Below, piece by piece: positions 47,560-58,180 of a stretch of 64,000 nucleotides of DNA. Under the pieces are notes generated by a model, which was not told the DNA's origin, did not search any database, and worked only from the letters and a program-made list of their open reading frames with translations. This stretch comes from an uncultured virus (IMG/VR IMGVR_UViG_3300022602_000035) (taxonomy: Duplodnaviria; Heunggongvirae; Uroviricota; Caudoviricetes). The number at the start of each line of letters is the position of its first letter. Positions within the stretch are counted from its first letter, which is position 1. Made by a program: the position numbers and the translations under genes. The DNA lies in IMG/VR virus record IMGVR_UViG_3300022602_000035; one strand, written 5' to 3'.

Positions 47560-48787
47560 TTAATACTTTATATACATCATCGTAGGCTACAGTGCTGTCA
47601 TTGTAGCCTACTTCCTTAAATAGACTTTTGGTGTTGTTTAATAATTCTTGTGCAATTATGTGTTTAAACTCACCATAAAAATGATGGAAGTTATATTCCA
47701 CAATAGCCTCAATTTTACGCATAACTTCTTGTTTATTTTCAACACTTAAAGTACAGTACCACACCAACTGATCAACTACAGCATCTATCCTAGCATCTGG
47801 ATCTTGTATGGAATCGTAGCTTTCATCTATAATGCCGTCAAAGGTTTTAAAGCCGTATGATTTTAAGTAGGCTAAATTACCTGATGCGGCTACTAACATA
47901 AATGGTTGTTTCATTACAATAGGTTTAAATATCTTTTCAGTCAGATGTAGCTTGTCATAGTAGAACACAGTTTCTGTTACTATGTGCCAAAAGCTATTAT
48001 TGGTGCAACGTGGAATGTCGGCACTGGCACTACCTAGTACATGTTCATTGTCTATAATCAATGGTCGACTAGGCAGATGTAGTTTAATGTGATTAATTGC
48101 CTTAGCCGATAACTTAGTATTAGAGTCTGCGATTTCTTCCTGCCAGGAAGCCTGTTCTGTAGGCAAGCCAAAACTAACCTGTCCTTGTTCTAATAGTAAT
48201 TCTTCTGCGAGCCGACTAATAAAATAACAACGATAGCTACGATCATTAGACACTAAACGATTAAACGTTATATAATCGTAGGTGTAGTTGCGTACAACCG
48301 GTTTATTGTAGTTAAGCGCATAGAATCCACGATACCAATCTATAGCCGCAAAGCCGTGGAAGAAGTAGTATAATTTTTTATAATTATTAGCATTAACACA
48401 ATCATCAACTTCTGGCGAATGTTCGCTGGTTATTAATATACCTTGTTTATATAAGTAGTGTGTATTAGCTTTTAGAAATTCTATTTCTTGTGCAACTGTG
48501 GGGCTATTATTGATTTCATCTTTGTATATTTCTACCACTTCTTCAATCGAATACCCTAACGGAAAGTTAAACATCTCTATATATGGATTGGCTAATTTGG
48601 CTAAGAATGGTTCCTGATCATAAAAGAATATTTTTTTATCAGTAGCAAGCCCTGGCGTAAATATATGTATATCAGTTAACTTGGGATTGTTTTTTAATAC
48701 TGAACCGCCAGGCAACGTACAAACATCAAAATCTTTAGTAAAGATATTCTGATAGAAAAATTCGTATACATGATCAATTTGGAGCAT
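47552..48787 (-). CDS. hypothetical glycosyltransferase-like protein (paralog of 55256..56328)
   Basis: IVTETVF...LTEKIFKPI..QPF...YLKSYGFKTFDGIIDESYD. Confidence 0.55.
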   Translation of the reverse strand: MLQIDHVYEFFYQNIFTKDFDVCTLPGGSVLKNNPKLTDIHIFTPGLATDKKIFFYDQEPFLAKLANPYIEMFNFPLGYSIEEVVEIYKDEINNSPTVAQEIEFLKANTHYLYKQGILITSEHSPEVDDCVNANNYKKLYYFFHGFAAIDWYRGFYALNYNKPVVRNYTYDYITFNRLVSNDRSYRCYFISRLAEELLLEQGQVSFGLPTEQASWQEEIADSNTKLSAKAINHIKLHLPSRPLIIDNEHVLGSASADIPRCTNNSFWHIVTETVFYYDKLHLTEKIFKPIVMKQPFMLVAASGNLAYLKSYGFKTFDGIIDESYDSIQDPDARIDAVVDQLVWYCTLSVENKQEVMRKIEAIVEYNFHHFYGEFKHIIAQELLNNTKSLFKEVGYNDSTVAYDDVYKVLTT

Positions 48788-48789
48788 TA

Positions 48790-50034
48790 ATGTCAACTCA
48801 ATTAAAAACAGTAGGATTCATTGGAATCGGTAAACTCGGCCTAGCCTGTGCTGAAGTAATGGCACAATCATACGATGTCACTGGCTATGATATTTACCCA
48901 CGCACATCAGACAAGATTAAGATATCTGATACATTAGAAGGTGCAGTTAAGGACAAAGATGTTATCTTTGTAGCAGTACAAACACCGCATGATCCGATCT
49001 ATGATGGTAGTCAACCTATTACCCATTTACCTAACAAGGACTTTGACTACACTATTGTAAATCAAGTTCTAGCAGACATCAATCAATATGTAACACAAGA
49101 CCAAATCGTTGTGTTAATATCTACTGTATTACCTGGTACTACTCGTCGTGAACTACGCCAGCATATTACCAATGCACGCTTTATCTACAATCCATACCTT
49201 ATTGCCATGGGTTCAGTTAAGTGGGATATGGTCAATCCAGAAATGATTATCATCGGCACAGAAGATGGATCACTGACTGGTGATGCACAACTGCTTAAAG
49301 ACTTCTATGCTCCACTAATGGCTAACAATCCTCGCTATGCTATAGGTACATGGGATGAAGCAGAAGCAATTAAGATTTTCTATAACACATTTATTTCAAC
49401 TAAAGTTGGCCTAGTTAATATGATACAGGACGTGGCTATTAAAAACGGCAACATGAATGTAGATGTAGTAACAGATGCCTTAATCAATTCAACTATACGT
49501 ATTATCAGTGGCAAGTATATGACTGCAGGTATGGGTGACGCAGGTCCTTGTCATCCTAGAGATAATATTGCCCTACGTTGGTTAGCTGAAAATCTAAACC
49601 TAGGCTACGATATCTTTGACACAGTCATGCACGCACGCGAACAACAGGCTCGTAACATGGCTCTATGCCTACACAAATATCAATTGAATACTAAATTACC
49701 AATTATCATTCACGGCAAAGCCTACAAGCCAGACGTGGATTTTCTAGATGGTAGCTACAGTTTATTAATCGGCAGTTACTTAGATGAGTTTGGTGCTGAC
49801 TATTCATATGCAGATCCTTTGACAGGTGATGTTGTGGAAGGTGGTACTGTGGCCATTGTATTGTTAGCACACAATAGACAAATTACCTATGGATATACAG
49901 GTGAATTACCAGAACAACAGCTATATTTTACTCCGGGTTCTGGCAGTGTCATTGTAGATCCGTGGCGTAGGTTTAAAACAGACAACGATGCAATCAAGGT
50001 TATTCACTATGGGAATACACGTGGACAAGTTTAG
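48790..50034 (+). CDS. UDP-glucose/GDP-mannose dehydrogenase family protein
   Basis: GIGKLG, FVAVQTP, STVLPGT, EAIKIFYN, GPCHPRD, GKAYKP. Confidence 0.88.
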   Translation: MSTQLKTVGFIGIGKLGLACAEVMAQSYDVTGYDIYPRTSDKIKISDTLEGAVKDKDVIFVAVQTPHDPIYDGSQPITHLPNKDFDYTIVNQVLADINQYVTQDQIVVLISTVLPGTTRRELRQHITNARFIYNPYLIAMGSVKWDMVNPEMIIIGTEDGSLTGDAQLLKDFYAPLMANNPRYAIGTWDEAEAIKIFYNTFISTKVGLVNMIQDVAIKNGNMNVDVVTDALINSTIRIISGKYMTAGMGDAGPCHPRDNIALRWLAENLNLGYDIFDTVMHAREQQARNMALCLHKYQLNTKLPIIIHGKAYKPDVDFLDGSYSLLIGSYLDEFGADYSYADPLTGDVVEGGTVAIVLLAHNRQITYGYTGELPEQQLYFTPGSGSVIVDPWRRFKTDNDAIKVIHYGNTRGQV

Positions 50035-50524
50035 TATAGAACCTTTTTGGGGTGATGCCTACAGACATTTAGACTATAGTAAAGAACCATTTAATAATCC
50101 CTGGGATGTAACCATGTGGCAGAACCTAGGTTTTGCTGATAAATTTGTGGGTGCTATGTGCGACATGCGTAAACCACAACCGGTTTGGAACACACATATC
50201 ATTGCAGAATTTGAACGCCGTGGTTGGAAGGATGTCTGCACCAGCTACTATCGTATGGATCCGGGTACAATCTTACCTCAGCACATTGATACATATAAAC
50301 GTTATATTGAAATATTTGAATTAGAAAATACACAGCAAAGCATTCATCGTGCTATTGTATTTTTAGAAAATTGGGATAGCGGGCATTATCTGGAAGTAGC
50401 AGGTGAGCCTGTTACAAAATGGTCAGCAGGCGATGTTGTCACCTGGCAGTATGATACTCCACACCTAGCGGCCAACATGGGATATTCTCCGCGTTATACC
50501 TTACAGATCACAGGGCACGTATGA
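50021..50524 (+). CDS. 2OG-Fe(II)/cupin-type oxygenase
   Basis: PGTILPQHID (HxD) ... PHLAAN...RYTLQITG; start probably GTG 50021. Confidence 0.7.
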   Translation: MDKFSIEPFWGDAYRHLDYSKEPFNNPWDVTMWQNLGFADKFVGAMCDMRKPQPVWNTHIIAEFERRGWKDVCTSYYRMDPGTILPQHIDTYKRYIEIFELENTQQSIHRAIVFLENWDSGHYLEVAGEPVTKWSAGDVVTWQYDTPHLAANMGYSPRYTLQITGHV

Positions 50525-51435
50525 TTTTAAGTACTAAGAATGAATGGGGCAAATTGCGCAGCATAGTAGTGGGATCAGCTACACACGCTAATTGGCCAAC
50601 TACCGATCCTGTGTTTTCACAGGAACATCTAAAGACCACTTGGAAAGAAACTCCAGTACCCAGCGGAGCAGTACCTCAACATATTATAGATGAAGCCAAC
50701 GAAGATCTACAGGATCTAGCCAATGTACTGACCAAATTAGGAATTGAAGTACTACGTCCGCACGAAATAGATTTTGTTGCATGTGATGGTATGTACAATT
50801 ATTGTCCACGTGATCGATTATTAATTTCCGGTGACTGTGTCATTGATCCTGCTATGATGTATCCCTGCCGTGATCAAGAAATACAAGCCTTGGACTTTGT
50901 ATTAGATGCGGCTAGAACAATTTGTCCTATGCCTAGAGGTCAAGGTTACATAATGGACGCGGCTAATGTATGTCGCTTAGGTGACACATGGTTATATCTA
51001 TTAAGTGCCAGCGGTAATCAATCGGCCTTAGATTGGCTACGTAGGAAACTACCCAATATCACAATTGAAGCATGCGACTTCTACAGTGGGGTACATATTG
51101 ATTCTACTATAGTTCCACTACGTGAAGGATATGTGGTATTGAACGCCAGCCGTGTTAATCAAGTTAACTGCCCCAAGGCCTTCAATGGTTGGGAAAAGTT
51201 ATGGGTCAGTGATGTAACTGAACAGAGTTTTTATGAATATCCATATGCCAGCAAGTGGATCGGATTAAACATGTTGAGTGTGGATCCTAATACAGTTATT
51301 GTTGACAAACAACAATATCAGCTTATGGACGACCTAGATCGCAGTGGATTTACAGTGATACCCATGCAGATGCGGCACGCACGCACCTTGGGCGGAGGGT
51401 TCCACTGCGTTACGCTTGATTTAGTTAGAGAATAA
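50521..51435 (+). CDS. amidinotransferase (glycine/inosamine-phosphate amidinotransferase family)
   Basis: NEWGKL..VVG, NYCPRD, DAAN, HIDST, GGGFHCVTLD. Confidence 0.88.
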   Translation: MILSTKNEWGKLRSIVVGSATHANWPTTDPVFSQEHLKTTWKETPVPSGAVPQHIIDEANEDLQDLANVLTKLGIEVLRPHEIDFVACDGMYNYCPRDRLLISGDCVIDPAMMYPCRDQEIQALDFVLDAARTICPMPRGQGYIMDAANVCRLGDTWLYLLSASGNQSALDWLRRKLPNITIEACDFYSGVHIDSTIVPLREGYVVLNASRVNQVNCPKAFNGWEKLWVSDVTEQSFYEYPYASKWIGLNMLSVDPNTVIVDKQQYQLMDDLDRSGFTVIPMQMRHARTLGGGFHCVTLDLVRE

Positions 51436-51463
51436 CTAAATATTTGTAACAATTGGAAACATT

Positions 51464-52195
51464 ATGCCGCATACGTTCGCGACCTATACAAGTATATCTG
51501 TAAACGCTTTAGAATTCAATCCTAAGAGTCAAGATATCATCACTAAGAAACAAGAGATATTGACTGCAGTAGCGGCTCATTATAAGACCAATCCAACAAG
51601 TATTCTGTTTGTTGGGTTTAGTCCTTTGATTCTAGGTGTTACCTATAAACAGATTTTTGTTACTAATATCGATGACAGTGTAAAAAAATACCTAGATAGT
51701 CTAGGCATTAAATACACATATATTGAAACTAAAGATCTAGTAAAATATAAAAAACAGTTTGGTTGGGTAATTGCCAGTGATGAATATTTTACCTTTGCCA
51801 ACACTGAAGAAGAACAACGTGCCAGTGTAGAAGTATTAGCTGAATTAGCTCGAGATTTAATTTTAACTACTTTACGTGACTACAAAAATCAAGATTTTAA
51901 AGACCGTGAATTTAGTCAACCACTGGCCGTACACAATCAAAAGGATCATAAGATATTTTTAGAATATCATAATTATGATTTCAATGATAGAAATGCTTGG
52001 ACTACCACAGTACATGAATTATTAAATGGCGGTAGTCAAACATATGGCCCATTTGCTAGACGCAGTATGTTCTTTAAACAGTTGGCAAAATTTAGTATCG
52101 ATGCAGGTGCTAAAGAATTTTACGTACATAAGAATTTAATGTACAAAAGTCTCATACGTAAGAACTATGAGCATGTAATATCAATTAGTTTTTAA
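51464..52195 (+). CDS. hypothetical protein, possibly degenerate class I methyltransferase fold
   Basis: SILFVG, ILTTLRDY weakly resemble SAM-MTase strands. Confidence 0.4.
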   Translation: MPHTFATYTSISVNALEFNPKSQDIITKKQEILTAVAAHYKTNPTSILFVGFSPLILGVTYKQIFVTNIDDSVKKYLDSLGIKYTYIETKDLVKYKKQFGWVIASDEYFTFANTEEEQRASVEVLAELARDLILTTLRDYKNQDFKDREFSQPLAVHNQKDHKIFLEYHNYDFNDRNAWTTTVHELLNGGSQTYGPFARRSMFFKQLAKFSIDAGAKEFYVHKNLMYKSLIRKNYEHVISISF

Positions 52196-52214
52196 TTAGT
52201 TTTTCAAAGAGAAT

Positions 52215-53480
52215 ATGGATATCAATCAACAACTACAACCTATCGTCGCCGGTCTAATAGACAGTCTTAAGATATCAATCGAACAGGAACTACAGGACAA
52301 GGTCACTGCTGAGGTAATCAATAAAGTTGCCAATGCAGAGATTGATAAAATAGTCACAGCGCAGATACAACAACAGATCGATCAACGATTGGCAAACTTT
52401 AACTTCATTGATCAAAGTAATGCACAGTTAAGTCAGTCAATTGCAACGGTTAGAGATCGGGTAACTAAATCACTACTGTCAAATGCAACTGATCAAGTTT
52501 CTACTTACATTAGTCAAAAGTTAGCACAACTAGATCTTAACACTATTATCAATACCATGGTAGATAATAAGTTAGCAGCGTTGATACAGAATCAACGTTT
52601 TCCAACACGCAGTATTCCACAGTCTAGCATAAACTTTGACGGCATTAGCCTAAGTGGTGATAGTATCAATGGTGGTATTATAGAGAACTTTGGCAGTACA
52701 GGTATAGAAGACCGTGCTACCCATATTCAAATGACTCTTATGGATCATGCTACGGCATTTGAAGGCCCACTTTGGGCCCCGTCTGTTAAAGTCACAGGCG
52801 ATGTGGTCATTGGTGGCCAATTGTCTGTTGGTGACTTTGATACCACAGCCACTGGATTTGCTAAATTAATTGACGAAACCAGCACCGCAGTACAGGCTAA
52901 ACTTAATACAGATCTATTCTCAGGATTTAGCAATACAATATTTGACAAAATTAAAGTGGATGGTCTTGATCTAGATCGACTAACACAGGGTGGTAAAGAA
53001 GTAATCTCAGGCAACCAATTGGGTTATCACATCACTGATACCAACATCCAACGTGTGGGTTTAGTTAAAGATTTACAAACCATAGGTGAAGCATATCTAA
53101 GCGAAACACTGTATTCAACCAAAGGTCGTGTGGGTGTAAACACCATGGAACCCAGTGCCGCATTAGCTGTATGGGATGAAGAAGTAGAAATTACAGTAGG
53201 CAAACGTGGTCAAAACTTAGCCTATATAGGCAGTCCACGAGCACAGACTGTGGTCATTGGTAGTACTAATAAAAATAATATAACCCTAAACACTGATGGT
53301 AGTGTGGCTGTTAATAACCTAGCCATAGGTGGAATATCGATGACATCAGGTCAGTCATCACCTAATTATGCAGGCACTCATGGACAGATAGTGTGGAACG
53401 AATTTCCAGATCTAGGCGATCCAATTGGTTGGGTCTGTATAGGCGGCCAACGTTGGGCCAAATTCGGTATACTAGAATAG
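52215..53480 (+). CDS. fibre-like structural protein
   Basis: Coiled-coil N-terminus; GRVGVNTMEP; C-term GQIVWN...IGWVC. Confidence 0.55.
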   Translation: MDINQQLQPIVAGLIDSLKISIEQELQDKVTAEVINKVANAEIDKIVTAQIQQQIDQRLANFNFIDQSNAQLSQSIATVRDRVTKSLLSNATDQVSTYISQKLAQLDLNTIINTMVDNKLAALIQNQRFPTRSIPQSSINFDGISLSGDSINGGIIENFGSTGIEDRATHIQMTLMDHATAFEGPLWAPSVKVTGDVVIGGQLSVGDFDTTATGFAKLIDETSTAVQAKLNTDLFSGFSNTIFDKIKVDGLDLDRLTQGGKEVISGNQLGYHITDTNIQRVGLVKDLQTIGEAYLSETLYSTKGRVGVNTMEPSAALAVWDEEVEITVGKRGQNLAYIGSPRAQTVVIGSTNKNNITLNTDGSVAVNNLAIGGISMTSGQSSPNYAGTHGQIVWNEFPDLGDPIGWVCIGGQRWAKFGILE

Positions 53481-53518
53481 AGGTTGACAACTTCATTAAG
53501 TGCTGTTATAATAGCCTT

Positions 53519-54556
53519 ATGAATACTACAAAACGCATAGGCTTTGCTTGCAAGTGGATCGACAGGCCAGATCAGGTTGAAGGCATCAAACCTACAGACG
53601 ATGCTAAACAATACAACACAGGATCTACTACTGTAGCATGGCTTAACCGTCAGACTAGAGATGTAGCTGAACAAAAACTATGGGACCTAATGGTAGGTAA
53701 CATAGAATCAACACGCAAATTAATTGAAAGAATTGGAACATTAGATGAGCACCTTAGGATGGTTCGTATCAGCTCTGATATACTACCCGTATATACTGAG
53801 TCTAGTTGGAGTTACTTTTGGCGCAGGCCTGATGTCATTGGTTATTGTGAACAGGCTCTGGGTAAGGTTGGTGAGCTTGCTCGTTTGCTTGACGTGCGCT
53901 TATCTTTTCACCCGGGTCAATTCACTGTACTTGCAAGTGATAATGATGACATTGTTCACCGAAGCATAGCAGAATTCGAGTATCATGCGGATATGATCCG
54001 TTGGATGGGTTACGGTCAACGATTTCAAGATTTTAAATGCAACGTGCATATTGCAGGTCGTCGTGGTGCCCAAGGTATCATTGATGTACTACCTAGACTA
54101 AGTGTTGAAGCACGCAACACACTTACTATTGAAAATGAGGAAATGAAACATGGGTTGGATGATTGTCTTGTGCTTAGTACTGCTGGCGTTCCTATTGTTC
54201 TCGATGTCCATCATCACTGGGTACGTGAAGGGGAATACATCAAACCGATGGATGACCGTGTCCAACGTGTTATGGAGAGCTGGCGTGGTCTGCGCCCTAC
54301 TTTACATTATAGTGTTAGCCGTGAAGATTATCTTGTCGCTCATGACAATACTCTAGCACCTAACTACGCAGAGTTATTAGAGTCAGGTCATAAGAAAAGT
54401 AAACTGCGTGCGCACAGTGACTTCTATTGGAATCGTGCTACCAACGATTGGGCATTGAGCTTCTTAGAACATTTTGACATCATGTGCGAAAGCAAGGGTA
54501 AGAATCTAGCAAGTTTTAGTTTGTATGAACGTGCAAAAGAATTGGAGTTAGTATAA
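53519..54556 (+). CDS. uvsE: UV-damage endonuclease (UvsE/UVDE)
   Basis: RIGFAC, RISSD, RLSFHPGQF, IENEE, LDVHHH, RAHSD, MCESKGK; ATG 6 nt after TTGACA-17-TATAAT. Confidence 0.9.
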   Translation: MNTTKRIGFACKWIDRPDQVEGIKPTDDAKQYNTGSTTVAWLNRQTRDVAEQKLWDLMVGNIESTRKLIERIGTLDEHLRMVRISSDILPVYTESSWSYFWRRPDVIGYCEQALGKVGELARLLDVRLSFHPGQFTVLASDNDDIVHRSIAEFEYHADMIRWMGYGQRFQDFKCNVHIAGRRGAQGIIDVLPRLSVEARNTLTIENEEMKHGLDDCLVLSTAGVPIVLDVHHHWVREGEYIKPMDDRVQRVMESWRGLRPTLHYSVSREDYLVAHDNTLAPNYAELLESGHKKSKLRAHSDFYWNRATNDWALSFLEHFDIMCESKGKNLASFSLYERAKELELV

Positions 54557-54789
54557 TGGGAGCAACATGGACACCACCTGGATATTTTGACTATCCTGTT
54601 ACAGGCTTTACTTGGGTAAAACTATTTGCTTGGTTGCCTAGACAATTAGCATCAACTGGTGAATGGGTTTGGCTTACAGAAGTCTATTTAGGTGAACGTA
54701 GAATCAGTGGACCTGGTGATGATGCTATTATACGCAAGTACCTAACTCCAGAAGAGTTTACTTGGGAAATGCTAACACAAGAATCGTAA
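54556..54789 (+). CDS. hypothetical protein
   Basis: FAWLP...WVWL motif; TAATG coupling. Confidence 0.6.
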   Translation: MGATWTPPGYFDYPVTGFTWVKLFAWLPRQLASTGEWVWLTEVYLGERRISGPGDDAIIRKYLTPEEFTWEMLTQES

Positions 54790-54814
54790 AAAAAGCCGCA
54801 TTATGCGGCTTTTT
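54790..54814. terminator. bidirectional terminator
   Basis: AAAAAGCCGCA-TTA-TGCGGCTTTTT between convergent genes. Confidence 0.85.
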
Positions 54815-54826
54815 GTTGAGCTAAAA

Positions 54827-55219
54827 TTATTTCTTTTTAATAGTCGGTGCTTTTGGAGCAGCTGGTTTTGGTTTAGCTGGTGTAACACCAACTTTAGCTA
54901 ATGAACCATTGCCGCCTTTAGTTTTGCCTTCTGTAGCAACTTGACCACCCGCATTTTTGTTACCGCGATATGGACGGCGTTTCTTGTTAGCTGGCTTAGG
55001 TGCTGTGGCTGCCTTAACTGCGGCCGCGCCTGTTTCGCCAATAGCCTTGACCTTGTTTACAGGTTTAGCTGGTGGAATGTAAGTAGCTTGTAATGTAACA
55101 TTATCAGCTGGTTTGCTTTCAGTTACTACTGGGGGTGTTAAGATTTCCTTAACTGTTTCTTGTGGCTTATAAGCGTCTGCAGAACCAAAGCCAAGCAAGT
55201 TTTTGATGAATTTAATCAT
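54827..55219 (-). CDS. basic Lys/Pro/Ala-rich protein
   Basis: AAGGAGA RBS; histone-like tail. Confidence 0.65.
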   Translation of the reverse strand: MIKFIKNLLGFGSADAYKPQETVKEILTPPVVTESKPADNVTLQATYIPPAKPVNKVKAIGETGAAAVKAATAPKPANKKRRPYRGNKNAGGQVATEGKTKGGNGSLAKVGVTPAKPKPAAPKAPTIKKK

Positions 55220-55255
55220 TGATAAATCTCCTTGTTACGATTATTTACTCTATAA

Positions 55256-56328
55256 TTATTCAGTGTAAAAATTTCTTAAACTATTTCTAAGATTGCCGAC
55301 CCAGTCAGTCTCTAGCATAATTCTTTTATTATGTTCTGTAATTGGTCTAATTTTAGCCAATATCTCAGATTGTGGTCGTTCCATTAGATAGGTCATCTGA
55401 GTCAATGCCATATTCCAGCGCATTTGATTATCTGCTTCTAGATCGTATGACTCATCAATGATACCATCAAATGTTTTAAAACCCAATTCTCTTAGATTTC
55501 GAAGATAATATTGTCCCCCTAGCATTATGAACAAACGTTCTCCCATAATAGGTTTGAACGTTTTTTCAGTAAAAAATGTATAATGATTTTCAAGATTAGT
55601 TTCGGTGATGACTGTATATGCTGTTTGGTTATAGATACTAATAGGAACTACCTGACTTAGGGTCATCGGCCAACCGTGATACCTAACACGAGTAACAGTC
55701 CAATGAAATTCTTCATCGGGTACTACTAATCCCGGTTCGTTTAATATAAATCCCTGATCACCATGTTCACGAATTGTCTTTTGCATGTGATGTTGTAGGT
55801 AGGTCATAATTACACGATCATTGAATTGATTTTCGTTAATCCACTCAAAGACAGTATTTCTGTGTGGTTTAGGTTGTCCTAGCAGAATGTCAAAATACCT
55901 AGGTTTTTCACTGTAGGGATTTAATTGATCTAATACTGCGATATTTTGTTTGTAGAAACTTCTAGAAGTTTCGAACCAATCCATCCACTGATATGTTTTA
56001 ATTCCTTCAACGAATCCACAAATAATATAGTTCATTTGCGGGCAATTAAACCTATTCATAAAATCTACAATAGGAGTGTGTACTTCTGAAACTAATACAG
56101 AAACAGTTTTGCAGTGATCCAACATCAGTCTGACAGTATTATCAAATTCGTTATGTTGATCTTGATAATAGGGAAAACATGCATGGAATAATGAATGCTT
56201 ATTGTCTGCAGGTTCAGCAATAAACTCATCTAAGTTTCTATAAATTTTGATTGGTTGGTCTGAAAGCATGCTAAGGTGATATGCACTTACATCAGTATCA
56301 GCATAGACGTGTATTAGATTATTCATAC
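55256..56328 (-). CDS. hypothetical glycosyltransferase-like protein (paralog of 47552..48787)
   Basis: VITET...FFTEKTFKPI...LRELGFKTFDGIIDESYD; ATG 5 nt after TAAATA. Confidence 0.55.
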
Positions 56329-56413
56329 GAGTATTTAATCCGTGCAGATATTTTGATTGACAGTTTGGTTTAATGAGTGTATAATGTTGTTTAATAATTA
56401 ATAAAGGACTGAT

Positions 56414-56629
56414 ATGAAACTTATTTACATTGCATCGGCAACAACTGAAAGTGGTGACAGCATACAAGAAAATGCGTATACTACTGCAGATCGTGCATTA
56501 GAGCAGGCCAAGTTAATGTGCGAAGATATTAAACGTAATGCAGGTTTCGAAGCCACACCTGATGTAATTCCAATGGACTTATATGAAGAAGGCGATACTA
56601 TTTCTACTACAGTTTCATCTTTAGGTTAA
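56414..56629 (+). CDS. hypothetical early protein
   Basis: Behind TTGACA-GTTTGGTT...-TATAAT (56357-85). Confidence 0.6.
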   Translation: MKLIYIASATTESGDSIQENAYTTADRALEQAKLMCEDIKRNAGFEATPDVIPMDLYEEGDTISTTVSSLG

Positions 56630-56641
56630 GAAAGGTCAATC

Positions 56642-57058
56642 ATGGGCTTAGATATGTATGCTTATGTTGCAGCACGTGCTGGGCAAGATAAAGAATATTG
56701 GGATAGTTGCGAGTTCGATAAAGAAACTGGCGAATATACCAATTCCAAAGTTACCAAACCATTTGAAATTGCCTACTGGCGCAAGCATCCTAACCTACAT
56801 GGTTGGATGTATAATCTCTGGGTCAGCAAAGGCAATGAAGGTGAGTTCAATGGTGATGAACTTGAACTTACTTGGGAAGACATCGACCAACTCGAAGAAG
56901 ATCTTAAAAAGGGTCGTGTTAAAGGTGTTGAAGCAACGGGGTTCTTCTGGGGTGATCCAAGCGATGAATACTACTATGAATATGACTTAAAGTTTATTAA
57001 AGAAGCACGTAGTCAGTTGTTCATGGGCCTACGTGTATTTTATAACTCATCATGGTAA
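56642..57058 (+). CDS. conserved hypothetical phage protein
   Basis: MGLDMY, YWRKHPNLHGWM, GFFWG, YNSSW. Confidence 0.7.
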   Translation: MGLDMYAYVAARAGQDKEYWDSCEFDKETGEYTNSKVTKPFEIAYWRKHPNLHGWMYNLWVSKGNEGEFNGDELELTWEDIDQLEEDLKKGRVKGVEATGFFWGDPSDEYYYEYDLKFIKEARSQLFMGLRVFYNSSW

Positions 57059-57258
57059 TAAAAGAGATACGTTTTTATTCGGCATGGCATCATAAGGTGT
57101 ATGATATTGTTGCTTGGCTAAGAGAAACGTTTAATGAGCAGGGTGGCGAATGGAAAATCTTAGACAATCAGCATCTACATAAGTATGAATTGGTTATTAC
57201 ACCAAATTCAGAAGAAGTTGCGATGATGATAAGGTTAAAATATGGATGTGAAATATGA
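57052..57258 (+). CDS. dispersed member of the short paralog family
   Basis: IVAWLRET; C-term SEEVAMMIRLKYG. Confidence 0.55.
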   Translation: MVIKEIRFYSAWHHKVYDIVAWLRETFNEQGGEWKILDNQHLHKYELVITPNSEEVAMMIRLKYGCEI

Positions 57259-57578
57259 AACGTTACGTATACGAACCAAAGGTCAAGAAATTAGAACGGG
57301 TATTTCCTTATAGCATTGAAGTGCCTAAAGGATTCAGAGTTCATGCGCAAAAACTATGCCGCGAAGTTTTAGGTAAGTGCTACTACCGTTGGGCGCCACA
57401 GTGGGAAAATCGTTGGATTAAAGGGTTTAGATATAAAATTGGTTATGCCAGCGGCCCGTGGGTAGTTGATGAAGAGGCTGTTTGGCAATACAAAGATGGT
57501 CGTCTCTACTTCAAAGATCCAGATAACTTTGGTATTGTAACCATGGCTATGTTAAGTAAACCTAAAAAAAGAGCTTGA
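57255..57578 (+). CDS. hypothetical protein (possible divergent member of the paralog family)
   Basis: LCREVLG...LYFKDPDNFGIVTM. Confidence 0.55.
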   Translation: MKRYVYEPKVKKLERVFPYSIEVPKGFRVHAQKLCREVLGKCYYRWAPQWENRWIKGFRYKIGYASGPWVVDEEAVWQYKDGRLYFKDPDNFGIVTMAMLSKPKKRA

Positions 57579-57635
57579 CATTTTGGTTAAAAGAATCTAT
57601 AGTAGCACTTGTAAACTTAATAAGGAGCAAGACGT

Positions 57636-57875
57636 ATGAACAAATTGTACATAGCAATGGCTGCACTAATCGAACAGCATTTAAATGATGTTAAGTCATT
57701 CCTTAAAGGTGACGACATGTCAGACAACTTATACGAAGCACTGTATGATTACTATTTGTCTAACGGAATGATGCCTTATGGTACTGCTAAAGCACGTGAT
57801 GGTGACCCGATGGCTTGGGTAGCTGATCGTTTTTACAACGATGCGTCAGATTATCTCGAAATTAGAGAATTTTAA
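57636..57875 (+). CDS. hypothetical early protein
   Basis: Behind promoter cassette at 57575; GMMPYGTAKARDGDP. Confidence 0.7.
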   Translation: MNKLYIAMAALIEQHLNDVKSFLKGDDMSDNLYEALYDYYLSNGMMPYGTAKARDGDPMAWVADRFYNDASDYLEIREF

Positions 57876-57889
57876 TAAAGGAATTTGAC

Positions 57890-58180
57890 ATGAACTTTTT
57901 AGAAATATCGGGTGTATTTTTCTTAGGTATTGTTAGTTTAATTTTAGCATACTTTGTCTATCACATCATCCGTGGCATAGTCCTAGCATTTGATGTAACA
58001 CTATGGTTAATTGCAGTTAACCGTAAGACAGCAGATCCAGCTAAGATCACTCCAATTGTATTTGTTAGGGTATGGAGTCAATACATCTTCGACTTGATTG
58101 GTTATAATGAGGACAGCGGCGTTACAGCGTATCACGGCAACGATGGTAGTGAGTGGCGCGGATGGGGCACAGGTAGATAA
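57890..58180 (+). CDS. membrane protein
   Basis: N-terminal TM helix; AAGGA RBS. Confidence 0.55.
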   Translation: MNFLEISGVFFLGIVSLILAYFVYHIIRGIVLAFDVTLWLIAVNRKTADPAKITPIVFVRVWSQYIFDLIGYNEDSGVTAYHGNDGSEWRGWGTGR

